Positions 49,491 to 61,208 of a stretch of 64,000 nt of DNA are shown in pieces. The DNA is from Callorhinchus milii. Its lineage: Eukaryota. Within the stretch, counting starts at the first letter, position 1. Each line of letters opens with the position of its first letter. A program made the position numbers and the translations under genes. The notes beneath the pieces are model-generated. The model had not been told where the DNA came from. It did no database searches and saw nothing but the letters and a program-made list of their open reading frames with translations. The DNA is taken from contig NW_024704743.1 of NCBI RefSeq assembly GCF_018977255.1, positions 83,144,001 through 83,208,000 of the forward strand, read 5' to 3'.

Positions 49491-52400
49491 GGATGCGTTT
49501 GCCCAATGAATTCCTTGTTTTCAATTTCTTGCACAAATCTCATTTTTAAAACCAAATATTATTCCAAACTACCATGTTACATTGTCATTATTATAGCTCT
49601 AAGAATTGTTTCATTCGGCTTCACCGAATCTGTCTGTTCAGTTTCGGTGAGGCAGGATTCCTACATTTCTAAGCTCTGATTGAATTATACTACTTTAAAG
49701 AAATCTAGTTGAAATGGGCAGCAAGATACTGCGGGCAGAGAGGGAGGGAGTGATGGGGGGGCGAGGTTGGGGGAGTGGGGAAAGAGAGGGAGGAAACGCA
49801 TGCTGTTTCCATTGTGCGATAGCTGTATAAATCAGTAATGCTTACAACTTGCAGATCAAGGATCAACTTGCCTCAAAGGAGAAAGTAGTAAAAAAAATCA
49901 CATATTAATTGCACTAACTGCTTTGTGTGCTTTCTTTTGTGTTTTTGTTTGCCAATCCCTGTGAAAAAAACCCTGATGGCACAGACTGGGTGCTGTCCCG
50001 GTTGAAGACTGAGAAATGATATCATTGGGTAAAAACTGACATCTCTGGTATGTCTCAATTTTTATAATGCACGCGCTACATTTTACAAGTCGTGTAGTCA
50101 TTAAATGCCGTAGATCATGGAGGATTGACAAGAAATGTTCTGCCTTCCATCAATAGATACTTAAAAAGAAACGCTGCAGAAAAAAAGAGAGAGAAGTCTT
50201 GTGTAATTTGGCCGCTGCATGTGTGTTGCATTCTCCTTTGAACTCGCACGAATGGTATCTGCTGCCTGTTTAGACATAGCTGTGGCTCACCATTGGCCCA
50301 GTAATTGAGGAGCCTTTTCAGAGGCAGCAGTTGGTCTTTTCATTTGTCTTCATAAGGTTAATTTATTTTTGCAGCCAGATGTGGGCTGACAGACATCAGT
50401 CAAAGCTTCCTTCCCCCACTGTTAGGAGGTCAGGAAAACAGTCACGTTTCCCATTTCACAGAATCCCGATCAACATTATTGAAGATGGATGTATCTTTAA
50501 AGCAAAGATTGATTGTGGATATCAGAGTTATGGTGTCATTTATCATAGTGAATATTATTTAGACTCAGATTGTACAAGGCTGTAACTTGAGATGCAGTCA
50601 GGGGAGGGACAAATTGGAAACGAGGATCCATGAACTTTAATGGATGGATGAATTTCCTGAGTTGTTCATTGCCAGAGAGCAGCTGAATGTTGTCCGATGC
50701 CTGTTTTCCCCAGGAAGAAAGGGGACCCCCCCCCCCTTCTCCCCTTCTCCCTGCAGTTTGACAGTATATGTAACTCAGTGCACTTGTCACAGTAGAAAGG
50801 TAAATAGTTTTTGCATATAGAAATGTAGATGGTGTGGAGAGGCTGGGGATCCAAACTCCATACATGTAGGTTGCAAGTGCAGAATAAGCAAGTAGCTAGC
50901 ACGTAAGCCGGCAAAGCTGCTGTAATTAAGAACATCTTCTTTGGGAAATGACAATTTTTTGTTTGCAACTTGTTAATCTCGTGCTTTTTTAATAACATGT
51001 ATGCACACCCCATAGCTATGGCTGCTAGCCCTAATTAGGCCAGGGGGTTTCAAACCAGCGTGAAGGTTTGAACAAAAGTGTCTAATTTTATCGACCGCCA
51101 GCCACTGTGCATCTTAAAGAAAGCCAAATTTATCAACGCACATTACTGAGTGAAGCAAATGTCGTGAAAACCATTGTTTTTAATCTTTTTTTTCTCTCCG
51201 ATAGTCTGAATGAGGTGATTTATAGTAGTTATCCATCTTTAGGGTCATCCATCAAGTTTTAGTTGCTAGGCAATCAAACGAGCAGCTGTTTGCTTTGAAT
51301 TGAGCTGAGAAGTTGTCAGTCATCACATGCAGGTGAACTATGGCTTTAAACCCTCGTCCTCGGCAGCAACATTGTTCCTTTGTTTTTTTTAAATAAAAAA
51401 AAAGGCCCCCAATAATGGACAGTTTTGCTTTTGTTAACTTGAAATGTTGTACTGTGGCAGAACAAAACATCAAATCGTAACTTTCTCTCCCAGAGCAGCA
51501 CATTGAACTGGAATGACTATCCGAACAGACAGTAATGGCTGTAACCCCTGCCGTATATTTCCTTTTGCAAACGGGTTGATATAGAGCTACCCCCAAAAAA
51601 CACACATTCATTAGATGATTTATGATGTTCCAGACCTGTCTAAGTATAGAATGCACCCCTCTCTCTGCTATCGTGTTTATGCCATTTTCTGCTCTTGCCT
51701 ACAAAATACACGGTTACTACACTTTGCAGTAAATGCTGTGAAGTATGTGAGACATGAAAGATGTCATATCAAATGCAAGGATTATTATTAATAATATTTT
51801 TAAATGCTTATTGCACCCAACAACTGCACCCAACTACTGGCTAAATATTGAACCATAAATCCATGAGGGTACTGTGATTGGGAGGGGCACATTATGTTAA
51901 AAGCTGAAAAAGTAGAGCAGTTGGAACAAGCCATTTCCCCCTTCTTTTGTTCCCTTTCTATATATATATATATACTGTAGTTCATTGTTGTCAATTAAAC
52001 AAATATTTAAACTTGGCTGCAATTTAGTGCTCAACGGTTATTTGAAAATGCCCTTGAGGCATGTCAGGAGGTCCAGATGATAGCTAAAACAGAAGCAAAT
52101 ACCTGTCAATATGGGGTGTTAATTAATGGGGTATTATCGGAAGTCGGAGTAAAATGATCATACTCTGCAAGTGATACCCCTGTGGACATTATAACAGTAG
52201 CGGGGTGTGTATTTGGAAGCGAAAAATGCAACCAAGTAGTTTATGTTTAGGACTGCAAAGGGCAATTTCAGGACTGAAACCATTTCTTTACTGAGAAGGC
52301 AATTAACCAGTAGAACAATTTACTAGGAAGGGTGGTTGAGACAAGGACGTTGGATTCATTTAAAAACTTGATGTGGTGATAGGAGGACAGAGGATGGGTG

Positions 52401-54519
52401 TTCTGGAAAGATGAAATACAATGAGCCAAAGGGCCTTCTCATCCAAACCTCTCTTGTGATCTTGTAATTTACTTATTTGAAGTAATGTTAAAGCCTGAAA
52501 CTTTTTCTAAGGCGTTTGTTATCTATTATTTATTTTGAGTTAANTTTTTTACCTTCAGAATTTATGGGGTAAAAATTGCTGTATTCGAAAAGTTATTCCA
52601 TTCTTGACTTAAGGAACATTTTTAAAACGTATTTTGTGTCTTGTGAAGAAAGGTAGTGCCCAAACTCAAATGAAAATCCCTGGGCACTGCCACCTTGTAT
52701 TCTTGGCCATTTTTGATTCCCGAAATCATCCTTCCCAAGTTAGCCACGGGACACTAGCCTCACTAAATCTTGAGTTAGGGATGTTTTCTGTGAATAACAA
52801 GGAGAAGCTGTTTTTTCTCTCTCACAAATGCCAAGTAGCCCAGCAGAAATCTTCAAGCCCAGTTGGGGTACTGGTACACAGGCGATCATCTGCCATGTGC
52901 TTATAGCTTCAGTGATGATAGTTATAATAAAAGTAATCCTTACATTTTCACTTTGGGAGGACATCTCAATCGCTTCACAGAATATATTATAAAGTGTAAA
53001 AGTTTTGTGGGCAAACATTATGACATTGAAAGTGGCATTTTTCACCCAGTTGTATTTTCACCAAGTTGTTTCCATTTGCAGTCCTGACAAAATGAGGGGC
53101 ATGTAATGTAGGTAGGTGAGTTTTCCCACCCCTCCCTCTCCCCCCACTGAATTATTTCCATTGAAAAGTTTCATGCTGTTTGAGGTAATTGGTTATCATA
53201 AAACATTTAACACTGAAGAGAGTGCCCTTCCTTTTTAGAATGTGAGCCATTGGGCACCTCAAAGATTATTGGACTTGTATATCATCATGTGAGCCGAATG
53301 TGTTAGTGGGTGTAAGTGTTGACCTGCTGATACCATCGCATCACTATGTGAACCCTAATAACTTATAACCCTCTCCCAGAAATTATTAAAACACTTACTC
53401 AGAGCATTTTACAGAAGGGCTTTACAGAATATCTGCTGCAGTGTAGAGCTTCTCCAGTATTGGACGCTGGTGGGATTTAGAACAGTATACTCCCAAGAGT
53501 GAAATATGGCCCTCACCCCATTGTCCCATTTCTTTACCGTTTTGGCACAACGGCTTCAGTTTGAAAATCTTCTACTTTCTGGTCAACAAGGCTTAGCAAA
53601 AATAATAATATTGTTTTTCCAGGACAGTGGGAGAAACTTCCTTCTCTTTTCAAATAGTGCTATGGGATCATTAGTGACCACCTGAACAACCAGAAGGGAC
53701 CTCAGTTTAACATCTCATTCAAAGGACACACCTCAAACAATGCTGCGCATCCCCAACATTATATTGGTTTGTCAGCCTAGATTATGTGACTTCAAAGTCC
53801 CGCTGTGGGGCTTGAATCCACAACCTTCTGATTGAGTGTCAGAAATGCAAGGCTGACACACACTTCTGAGTACCTGGAATGTGCCAGTGCATGGACTTCA
53901 AATGAGGTCAGGTTTGGCTGTGATGTTCTGTTCCAAAGCTGCTCTTGAATGGAGCCAGAAACACAATTCTGTACCAACTTAAATCAGTCATCCTGTATCC
54001 TGGGAAGCAGCACGAGAATGCTGCCTCCAGGATTTAACACCAGTCGGTGTTCTCGAAAACCAAAATGAATACTGCATTATATGCATTATTAAAATGCCGC
54101 AATTTTCCCCACATACTATGTGAGTAATTTTTAAATATGTATATATTTACTGTGTAAATGGAGGATTAAAAATAATGCAGCGTGACAATTTCACTTGAGG
54201 ATTTTCATGTTTAACTTAGTGAAATAACCAGCAGCAGTGCCTAGCGGTACATAAATTCATAAAAAGGAGTATAGTGTTGTCATTGTATTAAACTTCTTTT
54301 CAGAAAGTAGAGGCTAAAGATTGGAGGAATCTCAAAACATCAATCTCAATCGTTTCTTTATCTGACAGTAAAATTAGGGGAGTAGAGTCCTGATACACCT
54401 TGGTTCATAAGGCTGGAATCCTTCACACCATGGTTTGCCAATCCCTGTGCAGTGCTGAGCAGAGGCCTCCTGAGCCTTTCTGGTAAACCCTTTTGTGGAT
54501 GACTACAAGAGGGTTTACC

Positions 54520-55137
54520 AGATGTTGCTTCCGCAACATCGCCTGACTCCGCCACTGTCTCACACCACAGGCCGCCGAAACCCTCATTCATGGATCGAGG
54601 CTTGACTATGCAAACTCATTGCTTGTCAGCCTCCATAGTCTGCAGGTCATCCAGAACTCTGCAGCCCGTGTCCTCTCCCACACTGGGCTCCGTGACCCTA
54701 TCACCCCCATCCTTGCACAACTCCACTAGCTTCCCATCACACAGAGGATACAGTTCAAGCTCCTGGTCCTCACTTTCAAAGCCCTCCATGGTCTTGCTCC
54801 CCCCTGTCTCTGTGACCTGCTAACCCCCTACACTCCTGCTGGCTCCCTCCGCTTAGCGGACTCCGGCCTGCTTCACGTCCTCCGTCTCGCTCGCCCCACT
54901 ATTGGTGGGCGGACCTTCTGCCACTCTGCCCCCACCCTCTGGAACTCCATCCTCGCCCCCCCTCCCTTGCCTCCTTCAAGAGTCATCTCAAGGCCGTGCT
55001 TTCGATCTCCCTGCTTGCCACCCCTGACCTCCACACTCCCCAACCCCCAGCTCAGCTCCGAAACTTTGTCTGTCCAGCGCCTCGGGATATCCTCCCGATG
55101 TGAAAGGCGCTATACAAATGTAATTTTGTTGTTGTTA
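54520..55137 (+). mobile_element. L2 3' fragment (subfamily A)
   Basis: Collinear with 1580-2247 including tail cctcccgatgtgaaaggcgctatacaaatgtaattttgttgttg. Confidence 0.9.
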
Positions 55138-57524
55138 CCAAGACGGTAGGGTGCCACGTTCGCCCACAAATATACAGTCAATTCACTTTACAGTGTGTTC
55201 TGTGAAGCGCTTTGGGACGTCCTCCCGACGTGAAAGCGCTATATCAAATGCAAGGATTATTATTATTATTATGCAGAACAGAAAGTAAGAGGTTTCCAAG
55301 CCTACGCAGAACTGAGTTAATTGGTTGAGGCACCACAATTAGCACTCAAGACTTTGTGTTACGTAAGGCAAAATCAGCCAGGGTTCCTGCTAGTGATCTC
55401 TGTCCAGAATTTTCTGAAGGTGCATTGATGGCAGATGAGGACAGAGTCAGGTTTGGCTGTGATGCTCCCTATGGCCAAATAGCCTGGCAAAACTAACTGG
55501 CTAGGCCACACGTGAATAATAGTCGTTTCGATGAGGCTTGTGAAACTAGGCAGTCGAAGGGATTTAAAAAAATAGTCAAAATGCATGGAGAAGAGGAAGG
55601 GAAGAGAAGCAATTGTTTAACTTAAATTCCATAAAGCTTAAGTAAAAGCCATAAAATGCATACACCGGGGGATTCAATATGTAGGATTCATAACTGGAAG
55701 TCATAAATAGCGACCCCTACTGGATATGCAATACAACACAAAATTACATTTGTATAGCGCCTTTCACATCGGGAGGATATCCCAAGCATTAACCTGCATT
55801 AACCTGTGGAAATTCCAATCCGATGCAATCCACTTTTTATTGTCGGCTGTCTGACACAAGAGGAAACACATCACCATTTTTAAGGCTATCCAAGCCAAAT
55901 TGAGAGTTCCACAAGTGTATTCCACCCAAACATGGAAACCGCCCATGTCTGGAATGAAATCTGCACTCTCTCCCTGGAGGGAAGCACGCCGTGTAGCTAT
56001 TTGTGGAAAGTATTAGGCACAGGTTGGAAAGAGCCAAGGCTTGGGGTCTTATAGAGTGTGTGTTGGGGTACTGCAGGAGTCTAACCAGCTCACAGCTTGC
56101 CATTGAAGGCTACTGGAGCAGAGTTCTTGTTGGTTGGGGTGATGGACTTTATAGTTACCTGCAGCTGTTAGGATTCCACCTCCATTATCCCTCCTACCTT
56201 TAGCTTCCAAGGTGCATGTGAAACAACAACTTATACATTGTGCTGGGGGTGTGATTCCTGTAACAGCGGCGAGCTTGTTTGGAAGCTGCACGACACATGT
56301 AAAGTGCTGTACCTGCCACAGGGCAATCTCCGCCAGCACTCTGAGCAATGTTCCAAATCACTTACTGATGTCAGCTGCATTGGAAATCCTAACCACAGGT
56401 CAATGGAAATGATTTCAGATTAATCCATCATTGGATTAAAGTTTAATTCAGACATTTATAAGTGAGTTAATTATTTAGCCAGACCTGAAAACATTTGCAT
56501 TCATGCAGCCGCCGTTGAATCTCACTGGACCCACCTCAACATGATTTGTCTGAAAAGTTTCTAAATCCAGGTTGTGGAAAACATGTTTGTGTTGTGCAGT
56601 GTAGAAAGGAAATTCAATACTCTGAGGAATAAAGGGATTCTAGAAATTGGCAGGTAGGAGGTATCATGCCAGAGATCATGTCATTAGCCCTCAGTTGTTC
56701 TTATCCTAATTAAAGACTGCAATCTAGTCTCAAGTGGTAATCTTACTTTGTACTTGGAGAGAGGAGAAGAAAATCTGACTACTAATTCCAACAGGGCTTT
56801 TTTTGTCTAAAAGGATTTAAGAACATTTTATAACATTAATCTTGAATTAAAGGTTCATTAATTAGCTGCCTTACTGTAACTGGACCACTGTTTGTTTGTT
56901 AACAATTCACTAAAGGATCACTTAGCCAGGCACCCCTAATAATGACAATAGCAACTGGAATTTGTGTTTTTTAGTTTGTATTTTTTCTGAATACAATTGG
57001 ATCTACTAAGGATTTGTCACCAATATGTATACTTAAATTTTCTCCCCTCCTGATAGCATTTGACTCCTTTTTTTTCTTCTACTATGGGACAGTTCCGTGG
57101 ACACTGATTTACTAGCTGTCTCACACGAGTGACCATTGTTTACCTGGCAGCCTTGGCACTGAGTGTGGGCAGCCCTCCCCCACCACAGGGGGCATCACAG
57201 ACCTCCGCTGACGTCCACACGTACCTCCAGCAGGAGGTCTCTGGATTGTGATCAGAAGCGAGATCCCCGACTGATTTCCACCCCCTAACCTGGGGCGTCT
57301 GACGCCAATTGTGGCTCCACAGCTGCGGCCTGGTTGAGGTTAGCTAACTCAGACTGGGATTGAAATCTGTAATCTTTTGATCTCTCTGGTCTAATGCTTC
57401 TAATATCTCGGTCTGCTAGACTCCTGTGAGAAGTTTTAACTATTATTAGTTTGTGTATGAATTAGTCCAGTACGTTCTGTTTGCATCTAAAATTCTGTGC
57501 CTAATTTATTTAATGAATTGGTAA

Positions 57525-58505
57525 GAATAATCCTTTTATTTCATATAGTGCCTATATTGTAAAAACATCTCAAAGCACTCCCTGGATTTACTGTAAAGTG
57601 TAGTGACTGTGTTGCTAGGCGCATTTAGCAACCAATTGGCCTACAGCAATGAAACATAAACAACAATGAAGTAATGACCACATTTTTCTAGAGGATTGTT
57701 GGCCACCGTGAGAAACTCCCTTAGAACATAAGAATTAGGAGCAGGAGTAAGCCATTCGGCCCCTCGAGCCTGCTCCGCTGATCGTGGCTGATCTATTCTA
57801 ACTCCACCTACCCGCCTTATCCCCATATCCCTTAATCCCTTTATCCACAAGAAATCTATCAATCTCAGTCTTGAATATGTTCAAGGACTGAGCATCTGCA
57901 GCCCTTTGGGTGCCCACTACCTTCTGAGTGAAGAAGTTTTTCCTCAACTTAGTGCGAAAGGGCTTACCCCTAATTTTAAGACTGTAACCCCTGGTTATAG
58001 TTTCTCCAACCAGGGAAAAACTCTCCCACTATCTATTCTGTCATGCCCCTTAATAATCTTATAGGTTTCTATAAGATCACCTCTCATTCTTCTATATTCT
58101 AGAGAATATAGGCCTAAATTGCTCAACCTGTCCTCATAACTCATGCCCCTCATCCCAGGTACCAATCTAGTGAATCTACGTTGTACCCCCTCCAAGGCGA
58201 GTACATCCTTTCTTAAATAAGGAGTCCAAAACTGCACACAATACTCTAGGTGCGGCCTCACCAGGGCCCTTCTATTTTGGATGTGTCTTGGAATCTTAGG
58301 AATAGAGCCATGGGATCTTTAACATCCACTTGAAGAAGGAGATGGGACCTCAATTTAACATCTAATCTGATACCTCTGTACCACCAGCACTAGACATCAC
58401 TGGAGCATTAGCATAGACTATGTAAATTCAGAGTCTCAAAGTGGGACTTTAACCCACAATTCTCTGACTCAGATTACGAGAGTGCTCCCAATTCAGCGAA
58501 GCTGA
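57525..58505 (-). mobile_element. DeuSINE-like SINE split by the CR1 insertion
   Basis: 3' half at 57525-57722, 5' half at about 58290-58505, collinear once the CR1 is removed. Confidence 0.75.
57723..58268 (-). mobile_element. CR1-clade LINE 3' fragment
   Basis: [68 protein letters not shown] is a typical CR1 ORF2 C-terminus; 3' tail ...ctcctgctcctaattcttatgttct. Confidence 0.95.
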
Positions 58506-59747
58506 CTGCTAGAAATAAGAAAAGCTTTTTGCATGCTAGAGTATGATTTACTTATAAAGCGTGCAAAGGAAATATGTACCATAGATTGCTGTGTGCAAAA
58601 GAGAATGACCAATTGTTTCTGATACAGCTCGTTTTTTAAAAAAATGGTGCTCTGGACACATAATGGACCAGGATCACATTGATAAGCACTGTTTTTACAT
58701 TGTACGTGGGAAGCGTTTGCCTTATGATTTATGTATAGATTTAAAGTAAAAAACACAGTTCTCCAAACAAAAGAGCACGAGTGGGTACAGTTCATTGACG
58801 CAGCCCTGTGTATTCTGTCGCTGCATTTCCAATGGTCCTCTTAGTTGATTAATGTACTGTCCGTCACATTGAATAAATCCAGCCCTGATGCATGCGTCCA
58901 ATCTAGATCAGGTGCTGTGTACTGTCTTCGAACTGAAAGAAACCTAGCAGATACGTTGAGCAATTCCAACTTGATATTGACACTCAAAACTCTATATAGG
59001 AGAGGGAAGTCTCCTTTGTCCTGTAACACAAATGTTGGAAATTTTCAAAAGCTTTTGTTTCCAATTGGATTTTTTCGTGCGTTTCATTAAGTAATAGTGG
59101 CCATTTCAAATACTTAGGAACAGGATATTTTCTTTGGGATTAAAGTCCATATCTTCATTTTGTAGATAAGACAATACATTCTGATACAAAAATTAATAAT
59201 AGCCCTGACATTTGATGTAGACCTTTCACATCAGGAGGATGTCTCAGAGGATTTCACAGGATTTACCATAGAGTGTTGTGACTGTGTATGAGGTACACAG
59301 AAAGGGGAATGTCCCATGTTTGATCCTCAGTTTGTGCTGAGTTGGCTGATCTCCAGCAGGGTAGCACTAGTAGTACTAACAGTGGATTAGGGAGCAGAAA
59401 AACAGCTATTGTTCCTGTACCTTTTCATTATCCAATCACTTCTTGCACGTACACCTTGTGTGGATTCCAGGAGATTGGGCTTTTCTATGATGTCTTCCCT
59501 GTGTGAATAGCTCACTGACTGCCTACGGGCAAGGATCACAGATGCTAACTTGGGCAAGGTAGCAGAGGGAGCCTGGCATATAAATAAAAAAATAATCCTT
59601 GCATTTGATAATCCTTGCACTTCATAGAATTTACTGTAAAGTGTGGTTAGTATTGTGTATTTTGTAGGTGAACATCTTCAATATATTCCAGGAGTGAGCA
59701 ACAGTTTAAAAAATGTTAATGGGGGAGACCTTTCTTGATGCACATTT

Positions 59748-60112
59748 GTGGAGTCCTGTAGCTCAATGGTTAGAGCACTCGCCTCACAAGCGAGAGATCT
59801 TGGTTCGATTCCTGGCAGAATGAAATGTTGGGCAAGTTACCTAGCAGTAACTAGGAACCCGGTTGTTAAGTCGATTGGCGGATCGCTTTTCTGGGGGTAA
59901 TAATTCCTTCAAAAAAGACAATAATAATAATAATAATAAATTGGTCACTCAATCCAAGACTGTTTGTGGGACATTGCTGTGTGCAATTGGCTGCCACGTT
60001 TCGGCCACAAAATATATAATCAATTCACTTTACAGTATATTATGTGAAGCGCTTTGAGACATCTCGAAGACATGATAAGACACCATATCAAATGCAAGGA
60101 TTATTATATTAT
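59748..60112 (+). mobile_element. Younger tRNA-derived SINE, long form; partial copies at ~8660-8785, 10530-10697, 27922-28090, 32350-32620, 44345-44470, 55155-55271
   Basis: gtggagtcctgtagctcaatggttagagcactcgcctcacaagcgagagatcttggttcgattcc head; (TTA)n tail. Confidence 0.9.
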
Positions 60113-60839
60113 TTGTCTGCTAAGGATATTGGGAGTAGCACTGGATACTGATTCGCTTCCCTGACAGGAGGGCCAATTGGAAGTGCATGCAGTTATGCCC
60201 CTGTTGGTTGAATTACCCTATAAGGGGTCAGTGGGATCTGGTTTTACCCCGTGGTAAGGCATTGTACCCAGCAGAGCAGCTCATAATTAGAAAATAAACC
60301 TTGTTGGGCAACTTTAAATTAGCTAGTTCCACATTTGCCTCGCAGCATATTCAGTTGCAGCACCAGCCCACTGCTCCATAGAGCCTTTATTCCGCAAATA
60401 ACGAGAGCCAAAGGAGGTAAGAAATAACTGAGGTTAAGGGTGTGGGGGGGAGTTTTTGGAGAGACTTGTGTAGATTTTCAAGATGTTCATGAGCTGCTTG
60501 TTGAATGAATTAGAAGCAGAGGCTTGCTATTCTCCCATTACCTGTAATATAATGTACCCATTTTGCAGCAGGTTAACATCTCAGCCGGTGCAGTCATGGA
60601 CCTAAACCTGTGTTGGTTTTACTGTTCTGAAGGTCATGCGTACTAATGTGCTGCTTTAATTTGGCCATGTTTGTGCCAATGGAAACATTCGCCTAAAGAA
60701 CTCCGCGACACTACCCCAAGTGAAGGACATATAAATGCAAGTGGCTGTTGTTGTTAATGCGGTAATAGTGAGACACCACACAGTAGAAAATAACTTTCTG
60801 GGGTTTGAAAGCCACTCAGATATAATGCCTGCTTTTCCT

Positions 60840-61208
60840 TAAGTTTTCAAAATTATGAGGGGGATTCGATAGGGGGAACAAGGAGATACTATTTCCACTG
60901 GCGGGTGGATTGGTAACCCGAGTACACCGATTTAAAATAGTTGTTAAAAGAAACAGAGTGGAGTTGAGGAGAAATGTTTTTACACAGCGAGTTATTCAGA
61001 TCTGGAATGCTATGCCTGAAAGGGTGGTGGAAGACGATTCGATAACAAAGTTTAAGAGAGAAGTAGCTAATTATTTGGGGAGGACAAGTTTGCAGGGCTA
61101 TGGGGAGAGCAGGGGGGAGTGGGATTGATTTGGGTAGCTCTTTTCAAAGAGTCGTCACAGACACGATGGGCCGAATGGCCTCCTTCTGTGCTGTATGATT
61201 CTATGATT
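60840..61208 (+). mobile_element. CR1-clade LINE 3' end
   Basis: TRVHRFKIVVKRNRVELRRNVFTQRVIQIWNAMPERVVE; tail gatgggccgaatggcctccttctgtgctgtatgattctatgatt. Confidence 0.9.

Noticed and set aside
57995..58261. 88-aa ORF as a host gene exon
   Set aside because: It is the CR1 ORF2 C-terminus of a truncated retroposon.
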